Below are positions 22,001-34,700 of a DNA stretch of 47,834 nt, piece after piece. Position 1 is the stretch's first letter. Each line of letters opens with the position of its first letter. Source of the DNA: Perkinsus chesapeaki ATCC PRA-425 (taxonomy: Eukaryota; Protista; Perkinsozoa); the NCBI GenBank assembly GCA_013115145.1, contig JAAPAO010000245.1:1-47834 (forward strand). Direction: 5' to 3'. The notes beneath the pieces were generated by a model. That model did not search any database. It saw nothing but the letters and a program-made list of their open reading frames with translations, and was not told where the DNA came from. The position numbers were made by a program, and so were the translations under genes.

Positions 22001-25000
22001 AAATACAGACGAACCAATGAGCAGCCCCGATCAGAGGCAGATAAACGTTCTCTACTAGCAACAACTGATGCTCCTCCTTCCTCATAAAAGCCACTATCCT
22101 TCCTAGCTTACCTCTACGTTGCGCCACTCCCCGATCAGCTGATGACCGAGGCGAGGGCTGCTCGCGAGTCCTCGGATTCTCGTCGGGTCTATCAGCCTGC
22201 TCTGCAGCTTGGGAGGATCCCTGGGCATCACCTATAACACTATAACAAGGCCAGCGATACACAGTACACTCACTCTCTTCTAGATCCTCATTTGATGATA
22301 TCTCCCCCGCCAGAGGAGTGCCACTAACCTACAGCAGCAGCAGCAGCAGCATATATGTTGGAGATACAGTATTTTCAATAGAGTATTAGATTCCACAGTA
22401 GGGGATTTCTCATCTATACAATCAGCGATATTTTTCTACCACCTCAAGAGCAGCTTCCTTAATATCCTTCCTATCCTTTCCATCATCCGACTCTGTTGCA
22501 GCCTTCCTATCACTTTTAATCTGTAGCATCCTCTTCAGTAGCTCACTGGCCGTCATGCCGCTTGTCTCAGCCTTCACCTTCTCCATTGCACCTGACCATC
22601 CTCCCTTCTGCGAACTCCTATATCCCTTCTCACTCACCCTTCGCAGCAGCACTAACAGGGACCACAGCTTCCTTCTGCTCCACAGGCTTCGGTACAGCAC
22701 TCTTGGCAGCCTCGAGCATTATCGATAGTTGGCCCAACTCTAGCACAACACCGTTACCTGAACACCCTCATTTATAACATAGTCGATCCCAGGAATCCCC
22801 TACTGTAAAGATACTGGTACTTGGTTTGCCCAGGGTCACCAACTGCCCAAGTCACCACAGTGTGGACGGTCGGGTCAGGGTTACTGTGAGAGACAAACCC
22901 GCTGGCCACACCTGTAGAAAGCAGTATTGGACAGCCTGCCAGCCTCCCCTAGCTCATCTTCAGCTCGTTTCACAAGCTGAGTCGCCCTCAATCTATTGGG
23001 TGCGAAAATCCGCCTCAATTTTTACTGAAATTTCCTCGAAATTTTTCTTCGCGTCAATATTCCAACGCTGGAAGATTGAAGAATCGTCGAGATTGAATCG
23101 CCCAAACAAGATCTCACCAAATCCTTCAACTTCGTGGAACGTCACACAACCAGCCGAGAGCAACATCCAATAGGACTTGGTCGCCGACGGATCAGTCAGC
23201 AAGGCAATCGACAGAGTCTCCGATGGTGCCTCTACTGTGGCCTCCTCAGTGTCCACCGATGAGGTATCGGCAGCAGGCGGCTCAATGGTAAGAGCATCTA
23301 TACTTCCTGTGAAGGATACCTGAGGCATGGTAACTCGTGATCCACTTGTTGAGTATGATACAATTATCAAACATTGATAGTAATAATATAAGCATTATAA
23401 CTGTTATAATATTACGCCTTATTTTACGTAGTAGTAAAGTGTGTGCAAGTTAGTTATGCACATGAAAGTGACAATACATATACCATCTAATTTTGGCATC
23501 GCAAGCCGCTCTACGGCGAAAGATAACTAAAATTCGGTAATTTGCATAACAAATTTGCACACACTGTTATAGCTATCAATATTATAATAGCAATAATAAA
23601 TGTAATATTATACGTAGCAGTTTACCAATCGGCGTCATTAGGTTCTAGGAAGCCTAGAACATAGTATGCATGGTAGTAGTCCCCCACAAGGCTACGACTA
23701 CGTAGGCAGTTCACAATTTTACTGGATCTCCTTCCGCATTTCTGGGACTTTCGTGGTAACCTCGATGATTTTTTTCGGAAATTTCGAGGGAAATAGACAG
23801 AATTCTGGGAGAATCTTTCGACGAAAATACCGGGTATTTTCCGAAAATTCTTCTGGATTTTAGCTGCTTCTTCCACTATCGTAACCAAAAATCGTATTCT
23901 CTAGAAATTCACTTCAGAAGAGAATTCCTCTGAGGCCTTCACTGAGCACGTTGAGGGCTACACATGGCGGATAACTTATCAAATTCCACACCTACCGGTG
24001 ATGAGGCGGTAAGTCGTACTATTTGACCAATCTGTATCTCCCCCTTGAACTGCAGGGCTATGATTAGCGCCTTCTCTAGGATAATTATAATAGTCTCACT
24101 GCAACCAATTATAGCAGACCTAACCAAGGAAGGCATACAACGTCTCAAGCTCCGTGTGTATTACTTGACACCTCGGGCATGCTCACCGGTGCCTAAGGTA
24201 ACAGCTATACTATACAAAGGAGGAGCTTCATGCACTTACTAATATCATGCTCAGCGACAAAGTGTATCTCCCAGGATGAAGGGTTAACTGTGAAGTACCG
24301 AACATGCGCCCCACAGGCTGTCACCAGTCTAGTGCCTGCAGCAGCAAAAGTAAGGTCCTAGGCAACAATGCCCAAACTGAAAAAGGTTGGTGCATGCTCA
24401 CACCGCCGCACCGGGGGAGTACTTATTATGTTCGAGAAAAAAAGTTTTCATTTTTAATGTTTTCCTGAAAAACTAGAGAAATATTTATAAAATATGGAGG
24501 AACTTCTCAAGCCACCGGCGGCGGTGCAGCGGCTACCTGGGGGGACGGAAGCTATCCTTGGCCTGTTGTTCAAATGGAGGGCTATGGTTTTATTAATTGG
24601 TTCTATTAATTGGTTATTAATTGGTTCTATTGGGAATTTGAATTTAAGATGATTAGACATCGATCCTACCGTGCATCGGATGCGAGATGTCAGCTACCCC
24701 AGCAACCCGTGCCTTACCGTCAGTAGATAAGGAAGCGGTAACCTTGCCTTCTGCACAATGAACTTCGCCTGATAACAACACCACCATTTCACACAAAACC
24801 GCGCGCCACGAAATTTCCCTAGGAATCTTACTGGAATTTCCATCTGCTGAAGCTTCTTCCTGAAATTCATCGCAATGGTATTGAATCTCTCCGATAGAGC
24901 TCACCTTGTAGACTTCGCCCACTTGATGATAAACTTGCACACAGACATCGTCGCACTTATCCACTTCAATAGAGACTCTGGCGAACCCCTGTGGACAGTT

Positions 25001-28000
25001 GGATACCGCGGGATGCCTGAGCAAGCAAACAAGCTACAAATGGATATCATAAATATCTAGCAAAGACTCTTTTGCCCAGTTGAGACGGCTCGAGCTTTGA
25101 ACGTCTAACTTCTGTTTCGGCTGATCAACAGCATGGCAAACGATGACTACGGACTACATTGAATATTGTCATACGAATATGCGGAGAAGTTTCGGGCTGC
25201 CCAATCCATCCCACCAGTGAGGCAACTTGCCTTACTTAACCATCCCTGTTAGAAATAGGAAAGGAACAGTAATGAGCGAAATTTCAAAAGTCCGTATTCC
25301 GCGACAGCTTACGATCCTGCAGCGACTAAGGCTCTCATTCGTCGAAGGCTCCAGAAGCACAGTGAACCATCCGAATGAACCTAAATAAAATAATAAATAC
25401 ATTGTTCCTATTTCATGACGATCACAAAATCTATATCTCATGCTACCATCGCACGTACATTAGAACGACTATAGCTTTAACCCTGACACTACTACAACAA
25501 CAGTATGATAAGATGCTCCATAATTCCGACTCACAATCTGAGCAAACTCATGGGCACAGCCTCGAGGCGAAGAACGCATATATCCCTATATATCATGGAT
25601 GAGCTTCAGATGAGGTAGATGGAAGTCCGTAGACTGGGAAAAGAAGAGTTATTGTTAAATATCGCTGTTGGCTTAGATGCTATTATTACTATAGACTTAT
25701 AATAACATCCATACTATCACTACTATCTACATTTAAGTTGAACATTATTACACGCAAACCGTAGCGGTGGTTCTATCTCCCGTTGACCGATAAAAGGCTA
25801 AGCTAGGTGGTGCTGAGGGAGCATTCTTGAGAGACTCGCTGCGTTGAAGTTGAGACAACCCTTGGACTATGGATTTACCGTGAAAAAAACATGGTCGATG
25901 CAATCCTCGTCATCGTGGGCATCACCGTCACTTTCCGCAGCCTTCTCCAGTGGAGTTAGTGGGCACCAATGAACCTCGCAGATCTCCGAACGCTCTTCAC
26001 CTTCCAGGTGAATATACCTGTTAAAGCTCAAGCTGCAATAAGAGGAATTAGCAAGTTAATAGTGTAGTAGGATATCATTGTTTGCTCTCCCTGCAATAAT
26101 TCCATGCTACGACTCTATCGAGTTGTCCTTTCAAGTTTCGAACTACTGAGCTGAGCTCAGGCTCTGCGTCGGACAAGTGCGTTATTAATCAAGTTAATTC
26201 GAGATGGTTTTTTTTCACAATTAGCATCCTGGTTGGGTTACTAAACGATCGCGATGAAAAAAATACACCAAAATTCCCGAGTTTTTGACCTGCCGAAAAA
26301 TTTTCACGCGCAGAGCTCGTGGGAAGGCCAGAGGCCGAGTAGCGGCACATAACTGCGCCAGTATAATTCTGAGACACCTCCGAATATACCTTCAAAATTC
26401 CACCATCAAACACTTCCTGGTTGGGGAGAAACTATCATTCGAAATTTGATGAAAAGCCATGGGACACCCTTCACGATAAATATTATAACTAAATACAGTG
26501 CAAGTCATTACAGTTCGCATCCCGCTATCAAAGAGTCCGGTCTTGCACTCCGACATGGCGAGAATCGATTCACTGCGATATCGAACATACCATCAGTGCA
26601 AACCACATACGAGGAGCCATCTAAATAGACCAGCACCATCACCGTCATCAGCTACAGAGGTCTGTGAAGCCTACCAATGCCTTCGCATGCCTCCAAGTCA
26701 TACACCCTTCTTGAGTTGGATAACACTTCAAACCTGACAAGTTAAACTTTAAACCAATACCACCGACAGTCATTGTTCCACCATTTTCGCCACTACCATC
26801 GTTAATTAGGTTTTTAGTTGTCCTGGGGACAGCTTATTCGATGTTCGTTATAAAAGAGAAAATAGGGAGCAAATGAATGCCTTCAAGGTTCACTTTCTGC
26901 CGCTATTTCCTCAAGTCGACGAGAACTTCACACTAAAGCACATTTAACTGTGATTGAAAGAAAGCATTGGTCAAGTAGGTCAATCCAAAACGCGCTGCTC
27001 GAAATCGGAGATACATACAATTCTAGCATTCCAAGCTGTCTATAATAATATTGTGTTATACCAATTTGTTGGCATGGAAACATTACAATATCAATCTATA
27101 ATTATTAATAATGATGATGAAGTATACGTCCCACTATGGATCAATATACTGCCCAGAGCTCACCTATGAGGCTTCCTAGTGCTATTCGCGTCCAGATCCA
27201 CAGCACGCATCTAAAATAATAACACAAAGTAGCTGTCCCCAAATGATACAATGTTTTATCCGTGCTAGGGAAGCTTTCCCAAAAGGCTCCTGGAAATTTA
27301 ACCAGCAGGAAAATAGTACAAGTATTTAATGGCGCTATTTTTATAGTGTATGTGACGAGGATAAGCTAATGTTAAGATTAGATCAAGTATTCTAGTAAAG
27401 ACAGATATCCTCGTGTCTGACCACCACGAAGCCACTCAATAAGACAAGCCAACACCGCTGCGGGGTAAGGGGATAGAATTGGCATCAGCCCATAAGCAGC
27501 CTCCAGGCCATATTACCGTCCCTTTCCGAGCGACACTGGCCACATGAGAATGCGTTACTGCTACCTGCCTTCGAACCTCCTCCAATGTATCATCTGGAAA
27601 AGGAACTTTATCAAGTACGAGGACAACACACTGCATTGAACACAAGGTATCAACGAGAATTTTAAACAGAGAACAGCTGTGACCGTGACGCGTGTGGCAG
27701 CAAATATAATATCTCGGCAAGAAGGCGCAATTTCACGGAATTGCAGTTTCTATGGAGTTCCTCCTCTATATGGGATACGCTGTGAACCGCAACATATGTG
27801 GGCTTAAACCCTGCCACCTGCCGAATAGTACCACTCCTCTTCACTCCAGCTAACGGGAATGCAGCTTGGAAGGGCCCATCCTTCTGTTGGATAACATGTT
27901 CTCTCTGAAATGCATAATAACCCTCTGATATCCTCCTACTGCCATCAAGGTCGGCGTACTAACCATCAGTACCGTCCACCATCAAGCCATTTTTCTATTA

Positions 28001-28641
28001 AAACATTTTTTCAGTTAAAACCCTGTCAGAAATGTGCCATATCTCTCCCTTTCGAATATCATCGCCATAAAAACAGAACACCTCCCCGACTTCTCTTATG
28101 GCAGCCATTCGCACCCAACCGACAGTTCAACGCTAACATAATGCGTGACACACTCTACCATTGAGTTGCCTGGCAACTGTTGCCACCACGGTCCCCCCGG
28201 ATAAGCTGTCCTACAATCGTGTTCCCATCAACCGTGCATTTCGGATGTGTAGGATCCAACTCCAAGACATTGCCGGTCCATTGCAGCACAGAGCTCCCTT
28301 CGTCATCTATATGAGCCCATAAGCAGTTTAACTATCACTATCTGTTGCCTACCGCTCTCATCAACAACTGGCTCCTCCCGTGGACAACTACTGTAACCTA
28401 ATCCCGGTGGATATGCTCTAGCCTCATGAACCTAAAGATATTCAGTCAATCAATTTATATTGTAATTTGCCAAGTCGATGCTGCTAGCTGAAGCAGCATA
28501 CGAACAATCACAGATGAAAGAATTGTTAATATGCCCATGTATACTAATAATCTAATCAAAACCTACGCGAATATGTCCACCATGGTTATCGGCGTATCGA
28601 CCCCTCCTCCCCCTCCCTCGTGCCAGTAGTTCCCGTTCCAT
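19023..28641 (-). CDS. Large multi-exon WD40 + coiled-coil + helical C-domain protein, EDC4/Ge-1/VARICOSE-like (5' end uncertain)
   Basis: The N-terminal exons look like a beta-propeller (RRQVAVTHSHVASVARKG, HSDGSLCFWSL, DLTFAAAGTRLVTACG). The middle exons are low-complexity or coiled-coil (LSDGIQKVDEEVRNLG; IRELNSLAGQLRAEID). The C-terminal exons (RVKEYLRSQQYHWAVATAL…DDLVAFACFEVD…LRYLESVVRVM…RSLRV) resemble the Ge-1 C-terminal domain. The family call rests on remembered motif similarity, and the span could be more than one gene. Confidence 0.5.
23760..23870. other. Intronic segment with phased A/T tracts (about 11-bp period)
   Basis: A/T tracts start at about 23768, 23779, 23791, 23801, 23812, 23824, 23836, 23844 and 23857. 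Confidence 0.6.
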
Positions 28642-30057
28642 TCTAGCAATACCGACTGAATGCTACACAGGCTCTACCGTCAGCGATGCGGTAACCGAGC
28701 CTTCCCCCAACAGAAGTACTACATTATCTTCCATTCCTGATTCACTGCTGCCTTCAGCTACATGTAGGATATCCTCACTGCTCTCACCAGACTCTACCTC
28801 ACGCTTATTACCAACACTGTTACTGACAAGGAGGCAATTCTAACGCCAACAATACGGCTAAGACCATCAATGCCAGTCCGTGTGTTAACCGCTATCTGCT
28901 ACGAATAGTTATTGAGAAATCGTATCATGCTGTAAGATGTGCCAATCGAAGGCCCTTGCGAAAATCGACCTACAGAGTATCTTTAACCCTTTCGTCTATA
29001 AAGCCCAATACGATACAAACCGTCTGATCACACCCGGGAGATTTCGGTTTTACCGCTAAGACCGATCTTTCATTACCTATGATGCTCCTGTAACATAAGT
29101 GTCAACATCTGTTTCTCTTTACTCATAGGCTCCTTCCCTTTAGTAGGCATAATAGGAACAAAAATCAGACAGTATTATACAATACTTTCAAACAACTAAA
29201 ACGGCAACCACCTATGGAGCTATCTACCAGCAGCAGCAACCCGTTGCCAATTACACTTCTAGGCAGTTACAGTATATATTATATATAATATAATATTATC
29301 GCATTCTTCTTCACATCCACTTGTGTGCTTGCCTTATACCGTCATTCGTTTTATATTGGCACCACTGACTACAACTCAACATATCCTAATAGGAATGATT
29401 GACCCATCACAACGAACTCATCACGATAGTGATTTTTCTTAATCGGCAGCCGCCACAGGTCCTCTCTAGAACAACAGGAACAGGGTAGGGAGGGGCCTCT
29501 GACGGCACCGAGAAGGATCCGACCGTTAAGGACTAATAAGACGAATAAGGAGAATGGAACAGACTATTGACGACAACAATGTTAGACGGCACGAATGAGA
29601 TTAGCTCTATCACATTCAATACCCTTTTGAACACTAGTTCAGACAGGAAGCGAATAGGCCAGCAGCTGAGGGAGCATACAGCCGATCCACTATGGACCAT
29701 TAAGGGTTGTTATTGTTGTTACGGTATTACGTAGGGGAACAACAAACAATACAGACTATGTAATAGTGGACACTAGTAATACTAGCAATCCCTATTAAGA
29801 CGACAATAAGGAGTTTATGTTAAAGGAAAATAATGATATGGGCCATTATCAAACAATATATCCATTTTTAATAGAAATATAGTATGATAATGAGCCCAGT
29901 ACGACAGCTTAGGTTAAGGATCAAGACAGTATAGATCAGAATAACTGATCAAGTTGTAAAAGGCAGAGTTGCCCAAAGCTAGTATGAAGGTTTATACGTC
30001 AATATCCTACGCCTCAATACCAGCAACAGCTGGGCTTATTAAATGGTCGGTTACTGT

Positions 30058-31356
30058 TTACCAGTTAAGGACGGCAGACCAGGTACCGAATATCATACCA
30101 ATAACGGCAAGTACCAAGGAGATAGCCATCACAACGTACTGTAGGTACTTAGACCACTTACTGCCAAATTCTGACTTAAACCCTAGCTTTACACGCTTCC
30201 TTTCCAGGACTAGGAAGAATACAACTGGGAATACGATTTGGAGGAACATAACAGCAGTGGCACCGATGAGATCAACTAAGGAACCAAAGCCAGGTACACT
30301 GACAGCGATGACGAAGCAGATAACCATGAGAATGGCTCTAGATATCATCTTAACCCAATAATGAACCTTACCACCATGAATGGCCTCAATAGCATCTTCA
30401 ACACCAACACAGACTGGGTTGAACATCACCAAAAAATGCGAGAAGCAAACAACTTCGATCGCAATCTGGACAACTATAACGAGCCAGTCACCATGAGGGC
30501 GACCGTAGGCAATAGCATAGGTAATGTTAGGGTAGTCTAGAAGGTCATGGCCGAAACCAGCGTATCCAGAATAAGCAATAGCTGCGAAAATGGATACGAT
30601 GACAACGAAGCCGGCTACAAGAACACGAGGGAACTGCTTGGGCTTTTTCATGTTGTCGACGAGTGTCGGGACAACAGTGGTGACGGCGAAGGCATTCATG
30701 AAGTTGGTGAAGGCCAGAACGGCGGTACTGGCATTCTGAGGCCAGAGGAAGTGCTGGTGATCTTGAACAGGGTCGTTAGTCTCTCTGACTGATGCGCCTA
30801 TAACAGCAATAACAGTTACAAAGGCAGCAGTGATACCAATGAAGGAAACAAAGGCAACTTCCTTCATAGTAGGGAGCATAGCCAAGGGAAGCATAACACA
30901 TACGAAGATAACACACCACCAAATACGAGCCAACTGAGGGACGAGCTCGTACATGCCATCACCGACAAGGATGACCAATAAGGAACATACCAATAGGAGA
31001 TCTAGATACTGGACGAATGCAGTGAAGATCTCACCAGGGCGGCCAAAGCAGGCTTTGCCGATAGACTGGAAAGACATGAATCTTTCATCACCTTTGGGGT
31101 TCATATACATACACTTGTACAATAGATACGTTCCATATTGGGCAACACCCCAGGCAACGGCTAATAAGATACTCCCTAGAACCCAACCTCCCTGAGCGAT
31201 AGCCCTGGGTAGAGCTAAGATACCAACACCAACGGCAACTAGGGCGAAGTTGATAACGGTTCGAAAGTTAGAGGAACCATCGGGGCGACCACCGGCTGAT
31301 ACGGAATCCACGCTAAAGTCACTGACTCTGGTGGAAATACTGGACTTCTCGGACAT
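30058..31356 (-). CDS. Amino acid/auxin permease (AAAP, Aa_trans) family transporter, intronless
   Basis: 432-aa ORF with about 11 hydrophobic segments and the family motifs NFALVAVGVGILALPRAIAQGGW and FTNFMNAFAVTTVVPTL…MKKPKQF, plus SLVDLIGA. Confidence 0.92.
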   Translation of the reverse strand: MSEKSSISTRVSDFSVDSVSAGGRPDGSSNFRTVINFALVAVGVGILALPRAIAQGGWVLGSILLAVAWGVAQYGTYLLYKCMYMNPKGDERFMSFQSIGKACFGRPGEIFTAFVQYLDLLLVCSLLVILVGDGMYELVPQLARIWWCVIFVCVMLPLAMLPTMKEVAFVSFIGITAAFVTVIAVIGASVRETNDPVQDHQHFLWPQNASTAVLAFTNFMNAFAVTTVVPTLVDNMKKPKQFPRVLVAGFVVIVSIFAAIAYSGYAGFGHDLLDYPNITYAIAYGRPHGDWLVIVVQIAIEVVCFSHFLVMFNPVCVGVEDAIEAIHGGKVHYWVKMISRAILMVICFVIAVSVPGFGSLVDLIGATAVMFLQIVFPVVFFLVLERKRVKLGFKSEFGSKWSKYLQYVVMAISLVLAVIGMIFGTWSAVLNW

Positions 31357-31798
31357 GCGAAGAAATCGAGAGAAGAAACAACAAAACTAAATAGGCCACT
31401 TTGAAGGTTATGTTACTCAGATGTACGACACAAAGGGCGCTAGTACGGCAGGATTAGAGATAGTGTAACGGATATAATGGACAACATAGCGGCTGTCGGA
31501 TGGAAAGGGAATATATCGATATATCGCCAAAAATAGAGGAAATTTCACTTCGAAAGCAGCACCTGGTACCTGAACCATAAACTGAAGAGGGCAGTAGATT
31601 AACCTGAGAAGAATCTTTTGCGGAATCTTATGAGGTAAGGGCATCGATCCGTCTAATAAATTTGTGTGACATCACGCAGGCTTGGGCGTTGAAAAACGCA
31701 GCTACATGCGTCGCTCCGCCTATTCTGTGATTCACGTTTACCATTTTTGATCCGTACGTGCAGTAAGAGATAAGTATCTTATTGAAGTTGCCCACAGT

Positions 31799-34700
31799 AT
31801 GCCGGGGCATAGTCCATTGCCTTCATCATTATCATCACCTAATCTTACTCAAGAGGAATCTCGGGGTAGGTTACCTTTGGAGACGGAAGGGGAGCCCTTC
31901 TCCGTTATATAATAGGGATACTCTTTTGGGCAGTCTATTACCTCCTTTTGAGGGTGGGATATATAGCATAGCTGAATGCCTCAGGTAGCTGTGTATATTA
32001 CTAATGGTGAGCTGATATCGAGACAAGGTCTTATAAAGACTATTCTATGTTATTTAGTATTTTTATATTGTATACTGTACTTGGTACAGTTTTCGCCATA
32101 CTTTGAATTCTAAGTATTTACTTAAAAAGTTCCCTTTGAAGGGATAGGGCTGCTGTCTCCCGATGATTGTGTTCAGATAATGTCCCTTCGGAGATCGGTC
32201 AGGGACTTAGGTGGCGACCTAGGCGAGCTAGTGTAGCTCCGGTACCGCAGATGCCTGGGCATGTGGCTGCATCATGGGAGAAACTCAGATCTATGATGTT
32301 TAATACAAAGGATGGTAGTAGATAGGGGAAGGCTTTATAAAGGGAAGAGAGTATATGCGCGATAGGGGACTTTGGATAGTGATCGGAGGCAATGAGTGCG
32401 GAAGGTGTTGTCGAACAATAAAGGTGTTATATAATAATAACGGTGTTATATAATAATAAAGGTGTTATATAATAAAGGTGTTATATAATAATAAAGGTGT
32501 TATATAATAATAACGGTGTTATATAATAATAAAGGTGTTATATAATAATAAAGGTGTTATCTAATAATAAAGGTGTTATATAATAATAACGGTGTTATAT
32601 AATAACAAGCGCATATAACTCAGTATTAAGATACATAGCTTACTTCATGCCTTCTTCCTCCAGTTACCGTACCATCGACCAATGCTCCTCTGCCTCCGGG
32701 AGCAGAAACGAGGGCTGCATCAAACCAGGGGCCTCGGTTGCAGTTTACGAAAAGTGCAACCTATGAACTCCAATCCAATCTTAATAAGAAGGATAGCTCA
32801 TCCAGTAGCGTGGTGGCGTGCCTTTCTCGGAGGCTTATGGACCCTCTTCAGGCAGTTCGCTGTATGTTGATAGGCGAGAGACCTCAGCTGGTGATGGCGA
32901 TCACTCTGGAGGTAGTGGAGTAGTCAAATTAGAGCCATTAAAGGGGGGAGTTCCATTCAAGTTCAAATGAAACCTTTGCTAATTTGTATATTTTTTCGAA
33001 ACTCCCTTTAATGATGTGTATCATAATAATATATTACTATACTACAATAATTGTAACTTACAAGTAGTGGGCCCTAACTAAATGAACACCCTGTATATAT
33101 TTTGTGTAAGTAATCAACGACAAATTATTCGTGTACAAGCGTACTTTTTTTAAAACTATTAACTATTTAATAATAATTAGCGATAAAATGAGGACTGGGA
33201 GAGTATGTTTCAAGACTTTATTGTTTATAGATCACCACTCAGATGGTGGAGGAGGAGGCGGTGGGCAGAGTGATGGTGGCGATTTCGAGAACTTTGTGGC
33301 ATTTGATGAAATACAAAGACGGGAAAGGGTGTGGGAACGGGTAATTAAGAGTGTGGGAATGGTAACGCCCGCATGTGATTTGGGAGCGCTTTTTGTTGTA
33401 TTTATGCTTTTTTTCAAGCTTTTTAATATTTATACAATATTATATTGTATAAACAATATTGAGAGTAATAACAAGTAAGTTATATATTGTGATAATAACT
33501 AATATTCTAACGAAAGCTTACTAAGTTTCCAATGCTGACTTTAGCTCAGCACAATACTATTTCAGTAAAAATGAATCCCATTCCTTCTGGTAACGTCTGA
33601 TATCCTCTTTTGGCGTACAACCAATCGGCGCTATGAAGCTTCCATGGCGTATTCTCTTGACAGTGTTGATCTCGGTATCAAATATCAGCAGGCCTGCCTT
33701 TATCTTATATATCCATTGTTAACACTGACGTGAGGCATTAGTATCATCGACGAGCTCAAACGAGAGTATAGGGGCCCTTTGGCCCGGCTTGAAAATTTCA
33801 TTACAGATTTCCTATCATAAGTAACACTCAAGTGGTAGAAGCGCGAAGATCATTCGGAAGCTTTCTCGCTTTTGTTTTCCTGGGCAGCACGTGTGTATAT
33901 TTGAGCTGTGTTGAAAGATAAAGCATTGGTGTATGGGAAACCGCGGTTATGTTAGGTGGGCTTCGAGTCGGAGAAGACAAGGCAGAATCGGGCCAAGACT
34001 GTTAAGAAAGGCTTTGCTGGAAAATTCGCGAAGCTTCGACGAGTATTAGAAAAGTCAACCAAAAGTCCTTACTGGATTATACTGTAATGAAGCATGGGGG
34101 GGTGGGGGAGTACTATATGTACCTTTTATTATTATATATACCCTTTATTATTATATATTCCCTTTATTATTATGTATACCCTTTATTATTATATATACCC
34201 TTCAGTTACTATTTCCTTACTATAAGCGTCCTACTCGGACCGCCAATAAATATGCTTTACAGCAGTCATACTGGTAACACTATATTTGGATGGTTGACAT
34301 TGATCGCAGCGGTAAGCTCTTACATCACCTTCTCTCTATAGCCTATCTTTATAGATACTATTTCTATTTGAGATAGTAGCCAAGACAATTGTTAATCCAG
34401 CCTACTTGTTATCATTAGTGGCATTCTTGGATATAGTAGGTCTGGGATAGATTAAGGAACAGGACGACGGTCCCTTGGGAGATAAAAGGTTGCGTATTTC
34501 TGAACAGTCTCAGCAATCATCTCGAGTACAATTCGGTGAAATCAGGTGTGTGGATGTATCAATAGCAAGGCATGAAACGGTTATGGGATTCTTAGTATAT
34601 GAGCCCGAACTGTGGGACATGGGAGAAAGCCGATTATATCCTATAACGAATAATACAATCATAACAACCTGATAACCCTTTTTAAACTTTTCCTTTCTGT

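Noticed and set aside
24591-24631. Short TATTAATTGGTTC repeat (about 3 copies)
   Set aside because: A simple intronic slippage repeat with no further structure.
32420-32606. Regular repeat array considered as a possible CRISPR
   Set aside because: The units are head-to-tail with no unique spacers, there are no cas genes, and the context is a eukaryotic intron.
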